Below, piece by piece: positions 28,956-37,674 of a stretch of 64,000 bases of DNA. The translations under genes were made by a program, and so were the position numbers. Location: assembly GCA_963820525.1 (NCBI GenBank), contig CAWGAA010000001.1:1504001-1568000 (forward strand), written 5' to 3'. The DNA is from an uncultured Spirochaetota bacterium. Its GTDB lineage: Bacteria; Spirochaetota; Spirochaetia; SZUA-6; Fen-1364. The notes below the pieces were generated by a model. It worked only from the letters and a program-made list of their open reading frames with translations. It was not told the origin of the DNA and made no database searches. Each line of letters begins with the position of its first letter. The first letter of the stretch is position 1.

Positions 28956-30308
28956 ATGCCTGCACGCAAGTACAACGTCGTTTCGCTCTTCTCCGGGGCC
29001 ATGGGCCTCGACATCGGCCTCCAACAGACGGGCCGCTTCCATGTAGTCGCTTGTGTCGAGATAGAGAGTGCCTTCTGCGAGACCATTCGTGTGAACCTAG
29101 CTTCTGGAAGGCTCCACAAAGACGCCAAAGTTTTCGAGGCGGACATTTCCCAACTGGACCCGGAGAAAGTCCTACGGGCCGTCGGCCTGCGTCCTGGCGC
29201 AGTTGATCTGCTCGTTGGAGGACCACCATGCCAATCCTTCAGCACGGCAGGTCGACGCAGAACGACCCAGGATCCCCGTGGCACACTTTTGTGGCAGTTC
29301 TTGCGATTTGTGGCGGCCATAAGACCGCGCTTCTTCTTGATGGAGAATGTCCGGGGGCTCCTGTCCGCGGCCCTGCGGCATCGCCCCATCGCTATGCGGC
29401 CCGAGAAAGGCGGCCCCCCACTCATGCCTGACGAGATGCCCGGATCTGTTGTCAGGCTTTTCGCGGAAGACCTGCAAAGCATCCCCGAAGCCGCGTATCA
29501 CATGGACTGCTTTGAGGTTAACGCAGTCAACTACGGCGCCCCCCAACTCCGCGAACGCGCCCTGTTCATCGGAAACCGGTATGATGTCGCAGTGGATTTC
29601 CCGAACCCCACCCACGCCAATCCCGAGACAATCGGCGGCCAACAAGCGACCCTCTTTGATGAGGCACGTTCATTGTACCGCTGGGCCACTCTTCGCGACG
29701 CTATCGGCGACCTCGATAACCCTGGGGACGTTCTCATGGACTTCAGTCCTCGCAAAAAGCGCTACCTCGCTAAGGTGCCGCCTGGCTCGAACTGGCGGAG
29801 CCTCTCGTTAGAAGACCAGCGCGAGTCCATGGGGCAGGCTTGGCACGCCAAGGGCGGTCGGTCGGGATGGTGGCGCCGCCTAACTTTCGACCTTCCCTGT
29901 CCTACCCTCGTCACGATGCCGAACCATGCCGGTACCTCGCTGTGCCATCCGTCCGAGATCCGGGCCCTCACACTGAAGGAGTACGCCCGAATCCAAGAAT
30001 TCCCTGACGCCTGGGAGTTTAGCGGGACACCGGCCGAACAGTACGCCCAAGTCGGGAACGCCGTCCCGGTCCGCCTTGGTCGAGTTGCCGGAGAAGTAAT
30101 TGCGAAGGAGCTCGACAACCTTCGCGCTCGCAGGTGGCGCCGCGCCGAACAGAAACCGGACTCCTATCGAGTGATCTATGTCCAATCGCACGTGCGCACC
30201 AGGCAGTGGTATAGGGACGGGCAAACTTTCGTCTGGCAAGACGGCGCCGAAAACGGCCAGGCTAGCTACTCTGCGCCCAAGACGAAGCGCAAAGCTAAGG
30301 CACTTTAG
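28956..30308 (+). CDS. dcm: DNA (cytosine-5)-methyltransferase
   Basis: FSGAMG, GGPPCQ, ENV, PQLRER and GNAVP motifs. Confidence 0.96.
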   Translation: MPARKYNVVSLFSGAMGLDIGLQQTGRFHVVACVEIESAFCETIRVNLASGRLHKDAKVFEADISQLDPEKVLRAVGLRPGAVDLLVGGPPCQSFSTAGRRRTTQDPRGTLLWQFLRFVAAIRPRFFLMENVRGLLSAALRHRPIAMRPEKGGPPLMPDEMPGSVVRLFAEDLQSIPEAAYHMDCFEVNAVNYGAPQLRERALFIGNRYDVAVDFPNPTHANPETIGGQQATLFDEARSLYRWATLRDAIGDLDNPGDVLMDFSPRKKRYLAKVPPGSNWRSLSLEDQRESMGQAWHAKGGRSGWWRRLTFDLPCPTLVTMPNHAGTSLCHPSEIRALTLKEYARIQEFPDAWEFSGTPAEQYAQVGNAVPVRLGRVAGEVIAKELDNLRARRWRRAEQKPDSYRVIYVQSHVRTRQWYRDGQTFVWQDGAENGQASYSAPKTKRKAKAL

Positions 30309-30320
30309 CAGGAGAGAACC

Positions 30321-31409
30321 ATGGCACCGAGAAGGAGGAGTGATCTGTTCGATACCCTCCGTGCGCCCAGCCACCGTTTCGAGCCGTCCGAGATCGTCAG
30401 TCTCTTTGGGCAAGTCAGCCAGCGACGCGTCGACGCCATCACCAGCGAGCTGGCTACCTACATCAGAACGAACCTCCCCCTGGCGATCGACCGGCGCGAC
30501 GGCATCGCCGACTACCGAACGAACCCGTACGTTCTCATGACTTCGGCGAGCGTGTTGAACCTCGACGACCCAGGGCGCTTCGCCGATTTCCTGTTTAACA
30601 GCAAGCTCTATATGAGCTTGGAGACCTCGTTCGGCAAATCCGTTGAGGCGACTGTAGTCGGCCACTATCCGATCGTTGGCGACGACAAATGGAAAGATCC
30701 CCCTGAAAAGCTCGCGGAGCTCGCCCAACTTGACGGCTTGTCCAACGAACAGCGTGCCCGCCGACGCACTGCTTCCGCTTGGCGTGAGATCGACAAGTCT
30801 TGCTTCTCGGGACGTCGGCGCTACCTGACTTCCATCAAGAGTGGGCCGAACACCATCAACGACACTCAGGTCCAAGCCATGACCTCAGCCATCATCGACC
30901 ATCACAAAACTTGGGCTACGGAGACGCGCAATTCCTACCCGGGCGTAACGGATCTCGACGTCGTCATTGGGCTCACCTACGGCACGGAGCGCACTACCAA
31001 CAACAAGGAGAACCAGATCCTCGCTAAACTTCTTGAGCACGATTTCGAAGAGGAAGACCGCGCCAATCGGCCTGGGGTCTTGATAGACGTCGCCACCGGG
31101 TCAACCAGAGTCTACCGATGCATCGGAATGCACTTCTGGGCCTTCATGGGCAACCCGTCCGACCCCTCTGCCGCGTCATTTACGTTCCTCGAAATCCTTC
31201 TTGCGCTTGCGAAGGCGCTGTCAACAGGCATTAGCGAGGCCGACTTGGAGACGAGGATCAATAGGAAGCTACAGGCGCTCTCCACGGCGCTTGCGAGTAT
31301 CAAGTTCCCGCGCGGCAGTCTCCCGTCGTGGGTTCGCGAGGCGTTCTCAGAAGGTGAGCTCTTCTGGTTCGCCACCGCAATGACCGCCTTTTTCGATGAG
31401 GGGATCTAA
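30321..31409 (+). CDS. Putative type II restriction endonuclease (PD-(D/E)XK-like, PmeII-like motif)
   Basis: Lies between the MTase and vsr; SLETSFG, EID...SIKSGPNTIN. Confidence 0.7.
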   Translation: MAPRRRSDLFDTLRAPSHRFEPSEIVSLFGQVSQRRVDAITSELATYIRTNLPLAIDRRDGIADYRTNPYVLMTSASVLNLDDPGRFADFLFNSKLYMSLETSFGKSVEATVVGHYPIVGDDKWKDPPEKLAELAQLDGLSNEQRARRRTASAWREIDKSCFSGRRRYLTSIKSGPNTINDTQVQAMTSAIIDHHKTWATETRNSYPGVTDLDVVIGLTYGTERTTNNKENQILAKLLEHDFEEEDRANRPGVLIDVATGSTRVYRCIGMHFWAFMGNPSDPSAASFTFLEILLALAKALSTGISEADLETRINRKLQALSTALASIKFPRGSLPSWVREAFSEGELFWFATAMTAFFDEGI

Positions 31410-31412
31410 GCG

Positions 31413-31869
31413 TTGGAGAAAAGATTGCGGAGGCTTATTCCTGGCGGCTTCAAAGGCCTCTCCCCGCAGCGATCACGTACAATGGCTGCGGTGCGCGGGC
31501 GAAATAATAGGACGACCGAACGGAGACTTCGATACGCTCTCGTGCGTGCCGGTGTCTCAGGCTGGAAACTCCACCCGCCAGACCTCCAAGGCCGACCCGA
31601 CTTCTACTTCCCCGAGAACAGTGTTGCGGTTTTCGTTGACGGCTGCTTCTGGCATGGCTGCCCGCGGTGCGGCCACTACCCGAAGCACAACCAGGAATTC
31701 TGGAGGACCAAGATTGCCCGAAACAAGACCCGTGATCGCGAGACGACCGCCCGCCTACGGGAAGCTCGGCGTAGCTGTTCTGCGGTTCTGGGAACACGAG
31801 CTCTGTGACGACCTCCCGCGTTGCGTGCATAGCGTGCAGAATGCCTTGCACCGGGAGGCGTTGCAATGA
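31413..31869 (+). CDS. vsr: Very short patch repair endonuclease Vsr (apparent +1 frameshift at GGG 31759-31761)
   Basis: RSRTMAAVR, GRPD, FVDGCFWHGC; the C-terminal VLRFWEHEL is in another frame. Confidence 0.9.
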
Positions 31870-32056
31870 CTGTTCCGGGCCTTAGCACGTCCGTCCCGGT
31901 TTTTTAAACCGCGCGGGAGACTGCAGCGGCGGGGGGCGAAGGGGTTCTTATAAAATAATACGGCCGAGACCCGCAGAGCCTCGCCACGGCCCGCCAAGCG
32001 CGCCTGGGGGCCAAAGGTTTGGCGATATTATCCCCTCTCGATTCTCTTTTTTCCGC

Positions 32057-32086
32057 TTGACATTTTACCGACAACCTTATATTGTC
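32057..32086 (+). promoter_or_regulatory. Recombinase promoter overlapped by the inverted repeat GACAA-N7-TTGTC
   Basis: TTGACA at 32057, TATTGT 17 bp downstream; palindrome at 32070-32086. Confidence 0.45.
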
Positions 32087-32134
32087 AGAGCCATGAGAAA
32101 CGGTTCCAGGAGCGGGACCGGGAAGGGGGCTCTC

Positions 32135-33112
32135 ATGACGGGGATACTGATTGACCGGGCGAAGGCGGAGAGGGAGCAGCGGGTCAAGGTTGTGGTGGCG
32201 AAGATCGCGCACGAGGTGCCCGAGCTGGCCGACCTGGACCCCGAAACTCTGGAGAAGGTCGCCCGGGTGGCGATGCTCGATGAAGTGAAAGGCAAGCTGA
32301 GGAAGGCGGCCGAGCTGGAGCGTATCGACTACCAGGGAGAGCGGGAGCGGTTAATTGCCAGGGCGAGCCGCACGGGATCGAAGCGGACGCGGAAGCTGTA
32401 CGCTGCGGCCCTCGACCGGCTGGAGGCGTGGTGCGATCGGCAGGGTATCTCCCCGCTGCAGCTGACCCCGGCCCGGGCTGACGACTGGATTGAGGCGGAG
32501 AAGGCAGAAGGAAGGGCTCCGGCGACAGTGCGCCTGGCCGTGAGCGGTGCCTCCGCGTTCTGGACTTGGATGGAGAGGCGCCACTATGAGCTGCGCAATC
32601 CGTTTCGAGGTACCAGGGCACGGCCGATGAGCAGGCCCGCGCGGAAGCTGGCGCTCCCCTCGGACGTGGAGATCCACGAGCTGGAGGCCTCGGCGAAGCC
32701 AGAGCTACGGGCGGCCATCGTCATAATGTCGCAGGCGGGCCTACGTGTTGGAGGCCTCCCCGGTCTGTCGATCACCGGCTCACGCTGGACCACGACAAGC
32801 AAGGGCAAAGAGCAGAGCGGCAAGGTTCCCGAGGAAGCACGGGCGGCGATCACAAGAGCGGGGCTGTCCCTGCGATTGCCGTTCAAGGCCTTCACGCCGG
32901 AGCAGATAGCGCAGGCCTTCAAGTACCTGGCCGGGAAGCTGCACGCGGCCGGAAAGCTCCAGGCCCGCTACTCCGTCCACGACCTGCGCCACGCCTTCGC
33001 GGTGCGGCTTTATGAAGCAACGCACGATGTCTACCAGGTGGAGAAGGCCCTTGGGCATGCGAACGTGGCCGTCACCGAGGCTTACCTGCGGTCAATCGGC
33101 ATGGAGGGCTGA
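32135..33112 (+). CDS. Xer-like tyrosine recombinase (second recombinase of the element)
   Basis: GLR, SKG, HDLRH, LGH and TEAY catalytic residues; SAM-like core-binding region. Confidence 0.9.
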   Translation: MTGILIDRAKAEREQRVKVVVAKIAHEVPELADLDPETLEKVARVAMLDEVKGKLRKAAELERIDYQGERERLIARASRTGSKRTRKLYAAALDRLEAWCDRQGISPLQLTPARADDWIEAEKAEGRAPATVRLAVSGASAFWTWMERRHYELRNPFRGTRARPMSRPARKLALPSDVEIHELEASAKPELRAAIVIMSQAGLRVGGLPGLSITGSRWTTTSKGKEQSGKVPEEARAAITRAGLSLRLPFKAFTPEQIAQAFKYLAGKLHAAGKLQARYSVHDLRHAFAVRLYEATHDVYQVEKALGHANVAVTEAYLRSIGMEG

Positions 33113-33843
33113 GGCCCAGCCCTCGCGCTGCTCATGAAGAAGAACAAGGTCCGACCGTTCGCTACTGCGCTGCACTCCATCATCCTCATGCTGTCGATGG
33201 AGAGCTGACACTCATCCTCACCACCACCACGCGCACCAACACTCCATCGACGCACAACTATCCGGTACCAGGAGCCAGCCGGTAGTAGCAGCACCATCAC
33301 TCCCTCATCAACTGTGAGCAGGAAGACAAGACGGCACACTCACCACCACCAGATTCCAGCCTCCAGGCCAGCCACCAGCCGCCGGCACAGCAGGGGACAG
33401 CCCCCCTCCCTCGCCCCCCAGGGAGCACGGGGACACCGGGAGGCGCCACCCCCCCTTGGGCCAAGACTGCCCCGGCGAAAATCACTTCATCACCTACACC
33501 ACACCGCGGACCGAAAATTCGGTGTGCAGCACTCAAATGTGCAGCATATTGGTATTGCACGCCCCAGACGCGCGTAGAGGGGTCTAGATTGCATTTTCCT
33601 CCGGGGGTGTGTCCCCATATTCGGCTACAGAGCTGAAGGCAGGGGCGCGCCGCATCCCCCGCGGCCTGCGGGCGGATTCGCCCTGGGGCTCGGCTTTCAC
33701 CGCGGGGCGAAAACACTTACGGCCAATCTGAACGTGGGACACAATACGGTCATGGAGATCCCGTCTGCGGTCCCTGGGGCTTGCAGGGTGACGCCAAAAA
33801 TGAACACAATGAAACGGATTGAAGTAAAGGAGGACAGAAGAAT

Positions 33844-34128
33844 ATGAAAATGTCACTGACGATTGAACAGGGGAAAATACAGATAGAAGCCTTGCTGCGC
33901 AAAGTCGCTGAGGAGCAGGGAGTCAAGGTGGCGGGTGTTCGGTGGCGGCAGGAAACGAGTGACCCGCCGCTGTACTACCTAGAGGCCACCAGCGACACTG
34001 GTAGAACAGACGACATGAAGTTTTCGCCCAAGCATCTGGCTGGCTGCGAGTCGGACAACCAGATGAAGTCTCAAGTACGCATGAAGATTGAGGGCCTCGT
34101 GATAAGGCTGAAAAAGCCTATGCGCTGA
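33844..34128 (+). CDS. Hypothetical protein (cargo 1)
   Basis: ATG with GAGG RBS; 94 aa. Confidence 0.65.
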   Translation: MKMSLTIEQGKIQIEALLRKVAEEQGVKVAGVRWRQETSDPPLYYLEATSDTGRTDDMKFSPKHLAGCESDNQMKSQVRMKIEGLVIRLKKPMR

Positions 34129-34192
34129 AACCGGGATGGCAAAACCATACGGCAAGCCCTCCGCGGATCGCACCACGACCCGCATCTAGCGT

Positions 34193-34369
34193 ATGGTACG
34201 CATTGTCGCAGGGCTGCGGGCGCGCTACTCTGTCCATGATCTGCGCCACGCCTTCGCAGTCAAGCTGTATCAGGAAGGCCGGGATATCTACGCCGTGAGC
34301 AAGGCGCTCGGCCATGCTGGGGTTGCCGTTACGGAGCGCTACTTGCGGTCTCTAAACTTGCTCGATTAG
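34193..34369 (+). pseudogene. Second copy of the recombinase 3' end (58 aa mini-ORF)
   Basis: MVRIVAGLRARYSVHDLRHAFAVKLYQEGRDIYAVSKALGHAGVAVTERYLRSLNLLD*, paralogous to the C-terminus of 32135..33112. Confidence 0.85.
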
Positions 34370-34408
34370 AGGGGAACATGTATAGTCAGTCTGGAAAGGG
34401 GAAAAATC

Positions 34409-34645
34409 ATGAAAGTAAAGGAACTTATAGAACGGCTTCAGAAACTTGATCCAGAGTCAGAGGTGGTTTGCTATTCAGAAGATCCCGCCCTTTTGCCAGA
34501 CGGTTGCGGTTTCGTGCTCTTGGAGATTGAAGACGTGGACGAAAGAGAAGCGAAGCCGATAAGGATCAAAGATAATATCCCATACTTGGATTTTGAATAT
34601 GGCGCTCCTAAGCAGGCCTTAATCAGCGTCACGTCTGATTTTTAA
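34409..34645 (+). CDS. Hypothetical phage-like small protein (cargo 2)
   Basis: MKVKELIERLQKLDPESEV start; RBS. Confidence 0.7.
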   Translation: MKVKELIERLQKLDPESEVVCYSEDPALLPDGCGFVLLEIEDVDEREAKPIRIKDNIPYLDFEYGAPKQALISVTSDF

Positions 34646-34677
34646 GACAGCCTAAGACCTGTAACCGATTAGACACC

Positions 34678-34740
34678 CTTATCAGGAAAGGCCAAGATAA
34701 CGCGGCAGTCACCGAGCGCTATCTGCGGAGCCTGAGGCTG
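34678..34740 (+). pseudogene. Third, internally deleted copy of the recombinase 3' end
   Basis: TATCAGGAAAGGCC matches copy 2; then encodes AVTERYLRSL. Confidence 0.7.
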
Positions 34741-34881
34741 AAATACGCGGGCATCCTACGCTCTACCAGCAAAAAGCAGCGCGGCAGGTGGGGGTGTCGG
34801 ATTATTCATTGACAGGTTATTCGACAAGGGCTATAATTCAATCAGGAAAAAAGATAAATTGTTCACGAGGAGATCAAAGCT

Positions 34882-35190
34882 ATGGCAGAAAACCCTCCCC
34901 AGCCGTCGCAGGCAGCTCCTGTTCCCATGCCGGCTCAACGACTCTTCGAACAAGGCCCAGACGCTGTATCCTTCTACTCGGATCTGGTCCAGGTGCTCAA
35001 CACGGGGTCTGAGGTAGTGTTCCAGTTTTACGAAACCATACCGGGCCCACCGACGAGTCCTGCCGGGCAAATCACTCATGTTAGGACGCGATTACGAGCT
35101 ACCATACAGCTCAGCCCTGGACACGCGCTCAACATCGCCAATAACATCCTCGGACAAATGAGGGTGGCGGCAAACAAACCCGGAGCGTAG
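34882..35190 (+). CDS. DUF3467-like protein
   Basis: FYSDLVQV..T..EVVFQF...ATIQLSPGHA pattern; RBS GAGGAG. Confidence 0.7.
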   Translation: MAENPPQPSQAAPVPMPAQRLFEQGPDAVSFYSDLVQVLNTGSEVVFQFYETIPGPPTSPAGQITHVRTRLRATIQLSPGHALNIANNILGQMRVAANKPGA

Positions 35191-35192
35191 AG

Positions 35193-35663
35193 ATGAAGAT
35201 TACCTTGACGGAATCCTCGATGGCGACAAAATCGGTTATGCTGCAAAAGATTCTCAAGTCGGCTCTTACGAGCGCATCCTCTCCGGCGGAGGTCTTGAAG
35301 CAACTCAGTTCCTACGGCATTGAATGGTATCTGACAGAAAAGGGCACTCTTGCGATCAAATATTGGCAGATCGGTGCTGAGGATTTTGTACGACCAGAGC
35401 AAGTAGCGGCGCTACGTGAGGGTTCAAGCGAGCCGCCCGAAGCAGATGCTCTCGAATGGGTGAGCAAGAACCTTCCCGATCTTAGAAATCAGTATCCAGG
35501 GAAATGGGTAGCTGTCGTTGACAATTGGGTCGCCTGTTCCGCAGACGACCTTCCGTCACTTATGAGGCAACTCAGTGAAGAAGGGGTTGAACGACCCTTC
35601 ATCACGCAGATCCCGACTCACGAGATTGTCTGGACAACCACCTATGCCTACAAAGGACTTTGA
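35193..35663 (+). CDS. DUF5678-like protein with N-terminal extension
   Basis: LRNQYPGKWVAVVD..V..DDL..L...G..P.I..IP pattern. Confidence 0.75.
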   Translation: MKITLTESSMATKSVMLQKILKSALTSASSPAEVLKQLSSYGIEWYLTEKGTLAIKYWQIGAEDFVRPEQVAALREGSSEPPEADALEWVSKNLPDLRNQYPGKWVAVVDNWVACSADDLPSLMRQLSEEGVERPFITQIPTHEIVWTTTYAYKGL

Positions 35664-36087
35664 ACGAACGGTTCAATTCTACTCATTCACTGATCCAAAT
35701 GGGAAAACCATTTCTTTCCCCCTCGTCGTAGTCAATCTGATTCAAACGGGGGGAACCAGGGTATCACTGTCTCTTCTGTTCGACACCGGCGCGAGCGTAA
35801 CTTCTCTTCGTCGGGACTTGTATCCGTTGCTTGGACTAACTTCGTGGGATGCTGGAGCGCTCCAGCAATCTCAGACTGCCGGATGCGATGCGCCAGTAGA
35901 TGGTTACCGGTATGAAGGAATTGCACTGGAAGTTTTCGGGAAAGTGATAACCTGTCCCGTTCACCTAATCAAAATGCCGCAGAATCCGTTATTTGTTGGT
36001 CTGCTTGGCAGAGACACTGTGTTTCAGGAGTTCGGCTTTGGCTTTTGGGAAGGGACCAGGGAACTGCATGTAACATGCACGCCATAA
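35644..36087 (+). CDS. Retropepsin-like (clan AA) aspartic protease
   Basis: LFDTGAS catalytic motif and GLLGRD motif; overlaps the DUF5678 stop. Confidence 0.85.
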   Translation: MPTKDFERTVQFYSFTDPNGKTISFPLVVVNLIQTGGTRVSLSLLFDTGASVTSLRRDLYPLLGLTSWDAGALQQSQTAGCDAPVDGYRYEGIALEVFGKVITCPVHLIKMPQNPLFVGLLGRDTVFQEFGFGFWEGTRELHVTCTP

Positions 36088-36120
36088 ATGTGCCTGCGCT
36101 TGTTTCGTCGAACGTCTGAA

Positions 36121-36253
36121 TTACTCTCCCGAGCCTTCTGGAAGTCGATTTCCTTCCCCGCGTCGTAAAGGTCCGTCATTTTCGCAGTGCGATGGCCGGT
36201 GAAGCGCCGGAGAACCGCTTCGGGGGATAGAGCCCCGGGAGTTGAGTGTTATA
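36121..36253 (-). pseudogene. C-terminal remnant of another tyrosine integrase
   Basis: Manual translation YNTQL/PEAVLRRFTGHRTAKMTDLYD (GH...Y box) with frameshifts. Confidence 0.65.
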
Positions 36254-36360
36254 CTAGTAGCGAAGGCTGTGGAATATGATAGCGCTTTAAATAGCCTATC
36301 AGGCTGATCTCCCCTGTTGTCCCGTAAACATTTAGCCTCTGTCCGTCGGCGAGAACGTCG

Positions 36361-37557
36361 TCACTGCGCCTTCTTGAACGGCAGTATCTTCGCCTGGACC
36401 TTCCGCAGCGCCGCGCGGTCTGCGTTCGTGACGTGCTGGTATCCTTCCGTCGTTTCAAGGTTCGTATGGCCGATGAAGTCCTTCAGGGCGGCTGCACTAA
36501 GTCCCGTCGAATGAGAAACGAGACTGTGGCGGAAACTGTGGAACGTCCGACCGCCTGGGAGCTTCGCCGCCTTCATCGCACGCTTGAACGCCTTTTCAAG
36601 CCCCGTCCGCCCGATAGGGATTGAAGGATCATCCGTGTTGAAGAATACGAAATCATCCGGGCGAGCTCCCCACCGGTGGATCGCCAACACTTCTCGGATC
36701 GCATCCGCCACAGTATCGGGGAGCTCGATCCCGAGCCGTTCGCTGCCCCACTTCGGCGGCTTTGATCCTTCCACGTCTTGCCAGCTTGTCACCACGTCGA
36801 GATAGCTTTTCTTCTTGGCAAGGTGGATGTTCTTGACAAGGAGCCCGCGGACTTCCCCCATCCTCATGCCGGTGGTAGCTGAGAGAAGGCAAGCGGTTTT
36901 ATAGCGGATATCCGGCCAGTCAACGGCCCAAAGCCTCGCGTATTCGTCGAGCTGGAATATCTGCCGCTTCTCTGGAGTCTCATGGACAGACTTCACTCCC
37001 TGCCCCGGATGGTACGGGAGAAGCCCCACGTCTACAGCATGTCGGAGCGGAACGAAAAGGGCTTGGCGCGCCATGTTCAAGGTCCGAGGGGAAATCTTTC
37101 CCGGAGTGACATAGGTTTCGTATGTCTCGACGCGCCAGGAGAGAAGGATCTTCCGGTTGAGATCCGCAAGCTGTACGATCCCGCGCGCCTTAAGCCAGGG
37201 GAGAACGTAGGTTTCAAGAAGCCGTAGGTTATTTGCGCAGTATGCCACAGAGATAGAACGACCTTCCTGGACCTTGCTTTTTATGTAGTCTGACTCTGCG
37301 GGATTCCAGAACGTGAGAAGATAGTCGCGGATCCCGCTCTTGCTGGCGAAGACTTCCCCCTTCTCGATCATCTGGTTGGCAACTTTACGCGCGAGCGCAA
37401 TATTCCCGGTGTCCGTCGAACGGACCGCCCGATAGCGGCGCCTCCCGTTTTTGCCTACCAAGTCAGAGAGAAACCCGACGTAGTAGATGGGCTTTCCTTT
37501 CTTGCTCTTGCGCTTGAGTAGGTGAAACTCTACGTCGCCGAAACTATAGTTTTGCAT
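36361..37557 (-). CDS. int: Tyrosine integrase of the element
   Basis: TGMRMGEV, PK, FHSFRH, IGH and TEGY; adjacent to att/tRNA. Confidence 0.95.
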   Translation of the reverse strand: MQNYSFGDVEFHLLKRKSKKGKPIYYVGFLSDLVGKNGRRRYRAVRSTDTGNIALARKVANQMIEKGEVFASKSGIRDYLLTFWNPAESDYIKSKVQEGRSISVAYCANNLRLLETYVLPWLKARGIVQLADLNRKILLSWRVETYETYVTPGKISPRTLNMARQALFVPLRHAVDVGLLPYHPGQGVKSVHETPEKRQIFQLDEYARLWAVDWPDIRYKTACLLSATTGMRMGEVRGLLVKNIHLAKKKSYLDVVTSWQDVEGSKPPKWGSERLGIELPDTVADAIREVLAIHRWGARPDDFVFFNTDDPSIPIGRTGLEKAFKRAMKAAKLPGGRTFHSFRHSLVSHSTGLSAAALKDFIGHTNLETTEGYQHVTNADRAALRKVQAKILPFKKAQ

Positions 37558-37674
37558 AGCTCTCTCCTTCCGGTGAAAGCGTGACGACTACCTGACGACT
37601 AAAAGCTATTTTGGCCTCTTCTGTAGGAAAGTCACTATATTTGCAAGTATTTGCAAAGAAAGGAAATAACCTTT

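Noticed and set aside
28956..31409. Assigning a recognition sequence to the RM system
   Set aside because: The target recognition region loosely recalls GGWCC/GGNCC-type MTases, but this cannot be supported without a REBASE search or methylome data.
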